This document shows, one piece after another, positions 43,138-51,111 of a DNA stretch of 64,000 nt. A program made the translations under genes and the position numbers. Position 1 is the first letter of the stretch, and every line of letters starts with the position of its first letter. Origin of the DNA: Sulfuricellaceae bacterium. GTDB taxonomy: Bacteria; Pseudomonadota; Gammaproteobacteria; Burkholderiales; Sulfuricellaceae. Location: assembly GCA_041674485.1 (NCBI GenBank), contig JBAYVP010000002.1, forward strand, positions 9,897 to 73,896. The letters are read 5' to 3'. The notes beneath the pieces were generated by a model that saw only the letters and a list, made by a program, of their open reading frames with translations, did no database searches and had not been told where the DNA came from.

Positions 43138-43378
43138 TTTTTTCTCCTGAATGCAATCCAGTCAGCTTGGAATCGTTCCTCAATGTCTTCGAAACTCTTG
43201 AACTTGACAGGTTCAATCACACCCATGAAATGCCGGTGATGAAATCCATGCGCATTATCGTAACCGACTACCCGGCAGGGGTGGGGGGATTTGCGACTTT
43301 CAACCCAGATAATCCATTCGTGACGTATGCCGGGCTTCAGCCCGACATGCCTGTCCTGAGCCTGCCGAAGCGGTCGGG
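43134..43378 (-). pseudogene. 5'-truncated TumE/DUF6516-like toxin remnant
   Basis: Hand translation of the minus strand: ...GLKPGIRHEWIIWVESRKSPHPCRVVGYDNAHGFHHRHFMGVIEPVKFKSFEDIEERFQADWIAFRRKK*. The YDNA-HG-x-HHRH...F-x-S-x-E block matches my memory of DUF6516. There is no in-frame ATG/GTG/TTG before MGVIEP, and the 5' side runs into an R3 REP copy (43371-43397). Confidence 0.5.
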
Positions 43379-43460
43379 TTAAAACCCGACCTACAACCCC
43401 TGAGTTGGCAATTAAGACTGGCTTGCATTATGCTTGCTATGACAAGCCTAGTAGCATATT

Positions 43461-43799
43461 ATGAGTGCTATGGTACGCAATGACGATGTTTTCCAACCCG
43501 TTTCTGATTTAGCCCACGAATTGGGCCGGCGCATTCGCGCCGCCCGAATTCGGCGGAAGATTAGCCAGCATGATCTGGCCGGCAGAACCGGATTATCGCG
43601 CTCGTCCATCCAGGCACTGGAACGGGGTGAATTGTCCGTATCGCTGGGCATCGTTCTCAAGGTGTTGTGGAATCTTGGCCTCACAAATGAAGTCACCTTG
43701 ATCGCCGATCCTGGCCTGGATCGGGATGGGCTTTCCCTATCTCTCAGTACCGACAAAGTGCGTGTCTTTGCCCCCAGAAAGATCAACAATGATTTCTGA
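43461..43799 (+). CDS. hipB: XRE-family HTH antitoxin (HipB-like)
   Basis: LGRRIRAARIRRKISQHDLAGRTGLSRSSIQALERGE. It overlaps the hipA start by 11 nt. Confidence 0.75.
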   Translation: MSAMVRNDDVFQPVSDLAHELGRRIRAARIRRKISQHDLAGRTGLSRSSIQALERGELSVSLGIVLKVLWNLGLTNEVTLIADPGLDRDGLSLSLSTDKVRVFAPRKINNDF

Positions 43800-45000
43800 A
43801 CGGGGAGCGCTCTTCCTCTGGATATACCTACCCGGTGCCACCGCTTCTGTGGTGGCAGGCCGGCTCGATGTAGGCCATACGGTAGCGGGTTCCGTGGGTA
43901 GATTTGTTTATGGTAAGTCCTACCTGGATCGCCCGAACGCTATCCCGCTTGATCCCGTGACCTTGCCGCTCAACAGCAAGGAGTATACTTTTACTACCCT
44001 TAAAGGGTTTCCGGGGGTTGTTCTTGACGCCTGCCCGGATCGCTGGGGCAAGCGGGTGATACACCGCCTTTACGGAGCGCAAATTGACCCCGAAGGGTAT
44101 CTGCTGCTCAATGATCCGGGCCGGGCCGGCGCCCTGGCGTTCTCCCGGTCTTCAGACGAACCCCCTGTCGAACTTTCCAGCCGTGAATTTTCCCTGAGGG
44201 AACTGTTGACCGCGACCATCGCTGTGGAAACGGATCAGGAAGTCACCCCGGAATTGCTGCGTGCCTTGCATCCGGGAACCGGGGGCGCTCGCCCCAAGTG
44301 CAATGTTGTGGATCGGGATGGAGTATGGATTGCCAAGTTTCCCAGCATCGCTGACCCCCACTGGATCAGCGTTCCGCGTCTGGAACATGGCACAATGCTC
44401 TTGGGGCAAAAGTGTGGCATCAATACCGCCCAGACTCGCCTGGAGGTGGTTGATGGCACCGATGTTTGCCTGGTAAAACGGTTTGACCGTGAAATACTTG
44501 ATGGGCAAGTGGTTCGCCATGGCTACGTTAGTGCCCGCACCGTTTTTTACTCTGATCCCAATTTTGCGAAATATGGCGTTGAGTCCTATGGTCGTCTATC
44601 CACCTGGATGACTCGTTACGGCTGCCAATCTGATGAACGCGAACAGCTTTTCCGGCGCATGGTTTTCAACTGCGCCGTGCGCAACTCCGACGATCACGAC
44701 CTGAATCATGGCCTGGTGCATGTGAATAGCACCCGGTACCGCCTTGCAGACGCCTTTGACGTATTGCCCGTGTTGACCCCTCACGCCATCCACCAGCACG
44801 CCCTGGTCTTTGGGGATACGGCTGCTGGGACGGTCAGCAATCTGTTAAGCAATGCCACTGCTTTTGGCCTGCCGCGCAGCCATGCCCAGGAGATTGTCGG
44901 GGACGTGCAAAAAATGGTGAAAACACACTGGCAGGACACGCTGCACGAAGCCGGACTGGGGGATGAGGAAATTCGGCGACTGAAACCTTTTTTCCAATAA
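43789..45000 (+). CDS. hipA: HipA-family type II toxin (Ser/Thr kinase)
   Basis: N-terminal coupling domain (VAGRLD...FVYGKSYL). GGARPKCNV P-loop-like block, VKRFDR, and catalytic CAVRNSDDHDLNHG (DxHxxN). Confidence 0.85.
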   Translation: MISERGALFLWIYLPGATASVVAGRLDVGHTVAGSVGRFVYGKSYLDRPNAIPLDPVTLPLNSKEYTFTTLKGFPGVVLDACPDRWGKRVIHRLYGAQIDPEGYLLLNDPGRAGALAFSRSSDEPPVELSSREFSLRELLTATIAVETDQEVTPELLRALHPGTGGARPKCNVVDRDGVWIAKFPSIADPHWISVPRLEHGTMLLGQKCGINTAQTRLEVVDGTDVCLVKRFDREILDGQVVRHGYVSARTVFYSDPNFAKYGVESYGRLSTWMTRYGCQSDEREQLFRRMVFNCAVRNSDDHDLNHGLVHVNSTRYRLADAFDVLPVLTPHAIHQHALVFGDTAAGTVSNLLSNATAFGLPRSHAQEIVGDVQKMVKTHWQDTLHEAGLGDEEIRRLKPFFQ

Positions 45001-45058
45001 ATCCCCGCTCGCCAGATTGAAAGGTAGCCTGGTCATTTAACCTGAAAAACGCAGCCAC

Positions 45059-45138
45059 GTAGCCCGCGTGAAGCGTAGCGCAATGCGGGTTTGAAGCCCA
45101 CTTGTTTCCCGGATTCCACTTCGTTGCATCCGGGCTAC
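45059..45138. repeat. REP family R2 copy
   Basis: GTAGCCCGCGTGAAGCGTAGCGCAATGCGGG...CCCGGATTCCACTTCGTTGCATCCGGGCTAC. It sits immediately 3' of hicB. Confidence 0.7.
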
Positions 45139-45142
45139 GCCA

Positions 45143-45556
45143 CTATTCCAGCGACAATACCAAGCGCTTGCCGAGCACTTTGGCGGCGCGGTCGAGCTGT
45201 TTCAGGCTGGGCCAGTGATGTGGGTCTTCCAGACGTTGCGCGGACGCCCACGAGGTTTCCAGCGCGCGGGCAAGGTCGGACAACGGTCGGTCGCCGCGCG
45301 CCGCGCGCAGCAGCATGGAAGATTGCACGGCGGCGCTGGGCGAGGCAACCGGATTATTTCCGGCTGGCGAGGGCGCGGGCAGGGCGTCACCCTGTTCGAT
45401 GCGATGCGCGAGAACCCCGGACAGCACTTCGGCAGCATTGAATGCCGCCTCTTCCAGAGTCGCGCCTTCGGTGAATGCCTCCTCAAAATCAAGAAATTGC
45501 ACAAAATACCCGCCCCCTTCTTGGGGTGCGGCAGTATAGGGATAAGAAAATTTCAT
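45143..45556 (-). CDS. hicB: HicB-family antitoxin
   Basis: MKFSYPYTAAPQEGGGYFVQFLDFEEAFTEGATLEEAAFNAAEVLSGVL (HicB fold) plus a C-terminal HTH-like LSDLARALETSWASAQRLE. ATGA overlap with hicA. Confidence 0.8.
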   Translation of the reverse strand: MKFSYPYTAAPQEGGGYFVQFLDFEEAFTEGATLEEAAFNAAEVLSGVLAHRIEQGDALPAPSPAGNNPVASPSAAVQSSMLLRAARGDRPLSDLARALETSWASAQRLEDPHHWPSLKQLDRAAKVLGKRLVLSLE

Positions 45557-45738
45557 TTCAGTTTTACTCCGCTTTGTCGTTGGATGGCAGCCAGCAAACC
45601 CGCGCCCAAGGCTTTTGTACCATGCACGGGAACAGGCACGGAACGAAGTACGCCGGTTTTTTGCATGATGTGGTGGCTGCCCTCGATACGCGCCAGCACC
45701 CATCCAGCTTCCTTCAGTTTAGCGATGGCTTGTCCCAT
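45553..45738 (-). CDS. hicA: HicA-family toxin (mRNA interferase)
   Basis: 61 aa: AIAKLKEAGWVLARIEGSHHIMQKTG....VPVPVHGTKALGAGLLAAIQRQSG. Confidence 0.85.
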   Translation of the reverse strand: MGQAIAKLKEAGWVLARIEGSHHIMQKTGVLRSVPVPVHGTKALGAGLLAAIQRQSGVKLK

Positions 45739-45753
45739 TCATGCGTTGCAATC

Positions 45754-45948
45754 TCAAGGGGTCAGGCCCCTTTGCTTTCCCTGCTGCATCCCTTGCTGCA
45801 TCCCCTGCTGCATCCCCTGCTGCATCCCCTGCTGCATCCCTTGCTGCATCCCCTGCTGCATTCCTTTCTGCATGCCTTGTGCTTCATAACCATGCGCCCA
45901 TTCTTCCAACCGTTCGCTCAACATGATTTTCAACTCCTGGAGCGCCAT
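45754..45948 (-). pseudogene. Third, truncated copy of the Rpn-gene 3' cassette carrying a (GMQQ)7 expansion
   Basis: MALQELKIMLSERLEEWAHGYEAQGMQKGMQQ(GMQQ)6GKQRGLTP. The first 25 aa match the C-terminal region of 46274-47227, differing only at the junction (MA for DD). Confidence 0.6.
45781..45864. repeat. 12 bp microsatellite, 7 units of (C/T)TGCTGCAT(C/T)CC
   Basis: Direct reading of 45781-45864, with an eighth degenerate unit at 45865-45876. It encodes GMQQ repeats on the minus strand. Confidence 0.95.
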
Positions 45949-45980
45949 GAGGGACAGACCCCTTTGTTCATCACCTTTGT

Positions 45981-46241
45981 TTACTTGGATGTGCCAAACA
46001 TGTCGCCCAAGCTCTTGGCATCCAATACCTGATCCAGCCAGGCATCAATTTGCGCTGGTGTGGCACCGGAAATCTTCGCCAGAACATCCGGGGGGATGAC
46101 ACAGAAACGCTTGGAAAGTAGACGCTGCAAGGCGAGTGCTTCACCCTGCTGCATTCCTTTCTGCACACCCTGCGCCTCATAACCATGCGCCCATTCTTCC
46201 AACCGTTCGCTCAACATGATTTTCAACTCCTGGAGCGCCAT
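45981..46241 (-). pseudogene. Second copy of the Rpn-gene 3' cassette (86 codons with its own ATG)
   Basis: MALQELKIMLSERLEEWAHGYEAQGVQKGMQQGEALALQRLLSKRFCVIPPDVLAKISGATPAQIDAWLDQVLDAKSLGDMFGTSK. Nearly identical to the last 84 aa of 46274-47227. Offset is exactly 293 bp. Confidence 0.65.
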
Positions 46242-46273
46242 GAGGGACAGACCCCTTTGTTCATCACCTTTGT

Positions 46274-47227
46274 TTACTTGGACGTGCCGAACATGTCACC
46301 CAGGCTCTTGGCATCCAATACCTGATCCAGCCAGGCATCAATTTGCGCTGGTGTGGCACCGGAAATCTTCGCCAGAACATCCGGGTGGATGACACCGAAA
46401 CGCTTGGAAAGTAGACGCTGCAAGGCAAGTGCTTCACCCTGCTGCATTCCTTTCTGCACACCCTGCGCCTCATAACCATGCGCCCATTCTTCCAACCGTT
46501 CGCTCAACATGATTTTCAACTCCTGTAAATCATCAATCTCGGGCAAGATAATACGGTATTCGGCCTTGCGCATCAATGTCGCCCGTATCCATGTGGCGAA
46601 CATGCGCCGCAAATCCGGCCTGTCGCTCAACCACCTGTTCAATAGACCCAGCAATTGGCTAATGGTTTCCGGTGTGGCCGGGTGCTCGATGCGGAATACG
46701 GCTGCCACCAGGTTTTTGACCGAGGCCAATTCGCTGTCGGTGTAGGCGTTTTCGTCGATCAGCAGGTATTTTTGCCGTGGCTTGAATTGTTCGACCAGTC
46801 CGGGCACAGGCGGGATCAACTCGAATACGTCAGTCACTGCCGACCAGCGTTGGCTGCCGTTGTAGAGGACGATGGGTAGTATGGGCGGCAGTCTTCCGTC
46901 GGCCAGTATCTTGCCTTGCTTGATGAGGTCTTGATAGAGCAGCCCCTGGTACACCATCATGCGCAGTGCCATGTATTTGTCGACCGTGCTCTGGAATTCG
47001 ATGAGCAGGTAGAGGTATATCCAGTCGCCACCTACTTTGACCCGCCACACCACATCATCGGCACGTCCCTGAAAGTCTTCGGTGATGTAGCTGCCGTGGA
47101 CGATCTCCAGGGTGCTGTAGTCGAGGCTGTGCAGCCAGTCGTCCGGCACAAAGCCCATGATCAGGTCGCGCACCATTTCCGGCGTGGAAAACAGGAATTT
47201 GTAGCTGCTGTCGTGGTCGGTTGCCAT
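46274..47227 (-). CDS. Rpn-family recombination-promoting nuclease / putative transposase (PD-(D/E)XK, YhgA-like)
   Basis: HDSSYKFLFSTPEMVRDLI...GRADDVVWRV...WIYLYLLIEFQSTVDKYMALRMMVY...LPPILPIVLYNG are typical Rpn/Transposase_31 blocks. Confidence 0.8.
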   Translation of the reverse strand: MATDHDSSYKFLFSTPEMVRDLIMGFVPDDWLHSLDYSTLEIVHGSYITEDFQGRADDVVWRVKVGGDWIYLYLLIEFQSTVDKYMALRMMVYQGLLYQDLIKQGKILADGRLPPILPIVLYNGSQRWSAVTDVFELIPPVPGLVEQFKPRQKYLLIDENAYTDSELASVKNLVAAVFRIEHPATPETISQLLGLLNRWLSDRPDLRRMFATWIRATLMRKAEYRIILPEIDDLQELKIMLSERLEEWAHGYEAQGVQKGMQQGEALALQRLLSKRFGVIHPDVLAKISGATPAQIDAWLDQVLDAKSLGDMFGTSK

Positions 47228-47274
47228 GCGGGCATTCTAGCCAGATTCTGGGGGCTACGGATGTTTTTTGGTGA

Positions 47275-47369
47275 CTATTCAGGTCGAAGTCGTCTGCTTG
47301 AGAACGGTGACAACGCCAGTCCCTTCCCCCTGGAAGGGGGAAGGAGAAAAGCGGCAGCTCCTGAGTAGT
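47275..47369. repeat. REP family R1, short form
   Basis: CTATTCAGGTCGAAGTCG...CAACGCCAGTCCCTTCCCCCTGGAAGGGGGAAGGAGAAAAGCGGCAGCTCCTGAGTAGT. Confidence 0.8.
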
Positions 47370-47415
47370 CACATCTTACAAAACTAAACCCCCACCTACG
47401 AAAAGCCCGCTTCCC

Positions 47416-47461
47416 GTAGGTCGGGGTTCATCCCGACTGGTCGGGTTAAAACCCGACCTAC
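47416..47461. repeat. REP family R3, double copy
   Basis: GTAGGTCGGGGTTCATCCCGACTGGTCGGGTTAAAACCCGACCTAC. Confidence 0.7.
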
Positions 47462-47532
47462 ATCTTAAAACCCTACATCATTGCCCGACTGTACAACCGT
47501 CCAAAACCGCTTAACCCCGAAAAAACCCGGAA

Positions 47533-47919
47533 TCAAGCCTCTTGTCTCAACAACAAGCCCTGTTGCACCTGGTCTATCGCGCGCGAGATCGACAGCATTT
47601 CTTCGGTCGGATACTGGCGGATCACATCGCCGGTCGACATATCCGTCAGCTTGAACATCTGCTTTTTCGTGCTTTCGTCCACGCTGAATTCCAGACTCTT
47701 GTCGGATTGCTTCAGCACCTTGTTGATATTTTCCACCGCGTTCTTCACCTGCTCGTTAGTCACCTTCTGTTCGGCGGCCGGTTTAACGGCGGCTTGGGGC
47801 AACTCTAGCTTGGCGCTGGGCTGGGCGGAAACATTCGCGGGCATGGGGGCCGCGCCATCGCTGGCGAAGCTGGCAGGGTGCTGCACCTGCGCCATGTTAC
47901 CTGTAGATTGAATGAGCAT
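47533..47919 (-). CDS. flaG: FlaG-family flagellar protein
   Basis: RBS GAGAAGGAGAAG. ...VENINKVLKQSDKSLEFSVDESTKKQMFKLTDMSTGDVIRQYPTEEML is the FlaG signature. It lies directly downstream of fliC. Confidence 0.8.
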   Translation of the reverse strand: MLIQSTGNMAQVQHPASFASDGAAPMPANVSAQPSAKLELPQAAVKPAAEQKVTNEQVKNAVENINKVLKQSDKSLEFSVDESTKKQMFKLTDMSTGDVIRQYPTEEMLSISRAIDQVQQGLLLRQEA

Positions 47920-47936
47920 TTTGCTTCTCCTTCTCT

Positions 47937-47964
47937 AAAAACCCCGAGCGGTTGCCCGCCCGGG
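47937..47964 (-). terminator. Rho-independent terminator after fliC
   Basis: Minus-strand RNA CCCGGGCGG-GCAA-CCGCUCGGG (one G-U pair), followed by GUUUUU. Confidence 0.7.
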
Positions 47965-47984
47965 AGAATTTACCTTAACCGTGC

Positions 47985-50672
47985 TTAACGCAACAGCGTC
48001 AACACGTTGTTCGGCAACTGGTTGGCCTGGGCCAACATCGCCGTACCGGCTTGTTGCAGGATCTGGTTGCGGGTCAATTGCGCGGTTTCTGCCGCAAAGT
48101 CCGCATCCTGAATCCGGCTACGCGCTGCCGTGATGTTTTCCGAAGTCGTGGTCAGGTTGGAAACCGTGGACGAGAAGCGGTTCTGGATCGCGCCCAGATC
48201 CGCACGGATGGTGTTGACCTGCGCCATCGCCGCATCGATCACATCGATCGCGGCCTGTGCCCCGGATGAGGTGCTGATATCCACCATAGACAGCTTGGAC
48301 TTGGCGCTGGTGACCGACTCGCCTGCCGCCGTGGTGTTCAGCACGCCGCCGGAGGCGTTGACGGTATTCGAGGTCGCCGAGAACGGGCCGACCGTCGAGT
48401 TCAGGGTAACCTTGCCGGCGACCGTGATGGAATCCAGATGCGAACCCTCTACTCCCGTGCCGCCATCGCTGAGCGTGGTCGCCGTGCCGGTCTGGCCGGT
48501 GACGCTGACCGTTTGCGCCACATCGGTGGCACCGCTCGGGTCGGTCACGGCAGCCGAGTGCTCGAAAGTCTCGATCTTGATGTCGTAACCGGCCGAATTG
48601 ACCAGCTTCATGCTGCCGGCCGTGGTGATCTCGGCGGTGATGCCGGTGGAACCGGTGCGCGCGTTGACCGCAGTGGCGAGAGCCGAAAGGTCCGAGGTGG
48701 TCACCGCCGCCGAAATGGCCACGGCGGTGGTGTTCGAACCGTACAGGTTGAACGACACCGTGCCGGCCGCAGTCAGCCCGCTGAGAGTGGCTTCGGAGAG
48801 GGCGGTGCCATTGACCCCGGTGGTGCCGGAAACCGCGTTGACGCTGGCCGCGATCTGTTTGGCGGTGGAGTTTTCCGCGACCGTGATGTCTTGCGCGGCC
48901 AGGCCGGAAATGGACAGGGTCTGGGCGCTGACACCGTTGCCCTCGGCGATGCCCACCGAGGCGCTGGCCGCCAGGGTGATGTTGGTGGCATTGGACGCAC
49001 CGCTCTCGAATTCCGCCGCATTGGTCGCAAATTTCAAGCTGTAGCCGGCTTCTGCGGCGACCGTGACCTGGCCGCGCACCGAGGTGGAATCGTTACCCGC
49101 CTCGACCAAATCGACTGCGGTACCATTTAGACCCGTGACCAAGCCGGTGGCGGTAACAGCCGTGTCGATGGCAGTTGCGGTTACGGTAGCGCCAGTAACA
49201 AAGGTGCCCGCCGCATCGGTGGCCGTGGTGCCGCCGGTGTAGGCTCCAGCCGGAACGGCCAGCGCGACCACGTCACCCGCTGCGCCGCCCGCGAAATCCG
49301 CTGTGAAAGCGGTGGCGGTTGTAGTGCCGGTGAGCACGAACTGCACAACGCCCCCTGCGGCTGCCTGGGTAGCCGTGTAGCCACCGGCCGCCAATGCGGC
49401 AAGGCCGGCACCCGATTGCGTGGCGGCGAAGAAGTTGTCGTTAGTTGTCGCAACGTCAGCACCGGTCAGGAAGGTAAATGCAGCATCGCCGAGTGGGGAG
49501 GCTTCAATCGAACTGGTAAAGGTCGCGGTGATCGTGGTGCCGGCGCCGGAAGATTGCGCTGTCAGCCCGATGGTCGCCGCGGCCGTACTATTTTTGACGG
49601 CAAAATTTGCGATGTTGATGTCCTTGCCGGAGGCGCTGGCGATGGTGATGCTGTCGGCCGTGGCAAAGCTGCTGGCGCCGCTGAGCGACAGGTCGGAGTC
49701 GCCGCTGGCGGTGTTGATCGCCGCAATGGCAGTTTCCAGAGCGGTCTGGATATTGGTGCGGGTCGCCGCGTCGGTGGCGCCGACCACATAGCTGACGGTG
49801 CTTGCGGTATTGGCATCGGTGGATAGATCGAACGTGACAGTGTCGCCAGGATCAGCCAGCGCATTCGCAAGCAAAGACGTAAAGTCCAGGGTGGCCGCGT
49901 TATAACCTACCGCTTCGATGCCGGTGCCGGCGGTGAGCAGGGCGGCTGTTTCAGCGGCGGTCGAAGCGGCCGCGATGGCGATGTCTGTGGTGGTGCCGGC
50001 CGGATTGGTGACAGTCGCGGTGGTGGCGCTGCTGAAGTTGTTGGCGGTGCGAGCCAAGGCGGCCGTGGTCGTAACGGCTGCCGTCGCGCCCAGCTTGCTG
50101 CCGTTCAGTGCCGCCGTCCTGATTCCCTGTGCGGAACTGATCTGCGAAGCGATCTGTTCGGCACCCAGGGTTTCGGCCGATGCGCCGGCCACGGAAACGG
50201 CGATGGTCTGGTTGGCGTTGGCGCCCACCTGGAAGTTCTGCGTGGTGAAAGTGCCATCCAGCAGGTTCAGGCCGTTGAAGTTGGTGGTTTCGGAAATACG
50301 GTTCAGTTCCGCCATCAACTGGTTGGCTTCCGATTGCAGGCTCTTGCGGTCGGAGGCGCTGTTGGTCGCGTTGGAGGACTGGATCGACAGTTCGCGCATC
50401 CGCTGCAAGATGTTGCCGGTTTCCTGCAACGCGCCTTCGGCGGTTTGCGCCAGTGAAACGCCGTCGTTGGCATTACGCGCCGCCTGGTTCAGGCCGCGCA
50501 CTTGCGAAGTCATCCGGTCGGCAATCGCCAAGCCCGCCGCGTCGTCCTTGGCGCTGTTGATGCGCAAGCCGGAAGACAAGCGTTGCAGGGAAGTTTGCAG
50601 TGCGGATTGCGAGGATGTCAGGTTGCGCTGTGCATTCAGCGAAGCCATGTTGGTATTGATAGTTGCAGCCAT
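47985..50672 (-). CDS. fliC: Flagellin, unusually large (895 aa) with an Ala/Thr/Gly/Ser-rich central region of about 600 aa
   Basis: ATG 50672 after AAGGAGAA. N-terminal [55 protein letters not shown]-terminal ...[73 protein letters not shown]. Confidence 0.95.
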   Translation of the reverse strand: MAATINTNMASLNAQRNLTSSQSALQTSLQRLSSGLRINSAKDDAAGLAIADRMTSQVRGLNQAARNANDGVSLAQTAEGALQETGNILQRMRELSIQSSNATNSASDRKSLQSEANQLMAELNRISETTNFNGLNLLDGTFTTQNFQVGANANQTIAVSVAGASAETLGAEQIASQISSAQGIRTAALNGSKLGATAAVTTTAALARTANNFSSATTATVTNPAGTTTDIAIAAASTAAETAALLTAGTGIEAVGYNAATLDFTSLLANALADPGDTVTFDLSTDANTASTVSYVVGATDAATRTNIQTALETAIAAINTASGDSDLSLSGASSFATADSITIASASGKDINIANFAVKNSTAAATIGLTAQSSGAGTTITATFTSSIEASPLGDAAFTFLTGADVATTNDNFFAATQSGAGLAALAAGGYTATQAAAGGVVQFVLTGTTTATAFTADFAGGAAGDVVALAVPAGAYTGGTTATDAAGTFVTGATVTATAIDTAVTATGLVTGLNGTAVDLVEAGNDSTSVRGQVTVAAEAGYSLKFATNAAEFESGASNATNITLAASASVGIAEGNGVSAQTLSISGLAAQDITVAENSTAKQIAASVNAVSGTTGVNGTALSEATLSGLTAAGTVSFNLYGSNTTAVAISAAVTTSDLSALATAVNARTGSTGITAEITTAGSMKLVNSAGYDIKIETFEHSAAVTDPSGATDVAQTVSVTGQTGTATTLSDGGTGVEGSHLDSITVAGKVTLNSTVGPFSATSNTVNASGGVLNTTAAGESVTSAKSKLSMVDISTSSGAQAAIDVIDAAMAQVNTIRADLGAIQNRFSSTVSNLTTTSENITAARSRIQDADFAAETAQLTRNQILQQAGTAMLAQANQLPNNVLTLLR

Positions 50673-50777
50673 TTTAATTCTCCTTAAGAGCTTGGTTTGC
50701 TTTCCGGCTGGTTGCCGGTCACATTGGTTTGACTCGTTGTGCTGTTTTGCCGAGCCAATCAACCGCCGTTAGTCCAG

Positions 50778-50804
50778 TTATCGGACAAGGTTGGGAAAAG
50801 TTTA
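50778..50804 (-). promoter_or_regulatory. Sigma-28 (FliA) class III promoter for fliC
   Basis: Minus strand reads TAAACTTT-N11-TCCGATAA, against the consensus TAAAGTTT-N11-GCCGATAA (7/8 + 7/8, exact spacing). It lies about 105 nt upstream of the fliC ATG. Confidence 0.8.
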
Positions 50805-51111
50805 GGGGGATTGGGGATTTTTTGGGGTTTGAGGGCAACTGGAACGACTATCTCTCAAGAAACAGCTTTTTATAGCTATACGCATCAATAAGTTACAAAA
50901 CGCAGAGAATGACCGAACAGCAGCCGCCAAGAGCAAACCCCTCACAGCCCTCCTCATGCAAGGTGGGAAGGAGAAAACAGCAACCCCCGAGTAGTTGCGA
51001 AACATCAATAATTCAGCGGTTTCGGCTTGTCTGGATTGGGTTAAATGCACCCGCGAGAACGGGTTATTTGGTGTAAATTACGGAAATCGCAAATACTATG
51101 TTTTGCCTGCC

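Noticed and set aside
45781-45864. Possible CRISPR array
   Set aside because: The 12 bp units are directly adjacent with no spacers, and there are no cas genes. It is a coding microsatellite.
45215-45889. 224 aa plus-strand ORF ending in PCCIPCCIPCCI...
   Set aside because: It runs antisense across hicB, hicA and the 12 bp microsatellite. The Cys-rich repeat is simply the reverse-frame reading of the GMQQ repeat.
41183-47532. Prophage or integrative element
   Set aside because: No integrase, recombinase (other than the Rpn-family nuclease), tRNA attachment site, or phage structural or replication genes are present. It is better described as a REP-associated TA island.
48130-50772. Several 130-284 aa plus-strand ORFs inside fliC
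   Set aside because: They are shadow ORFs produced by the GCN/ACN-rich codon periodicity of the Ala/Thr-rich flagellin gene.
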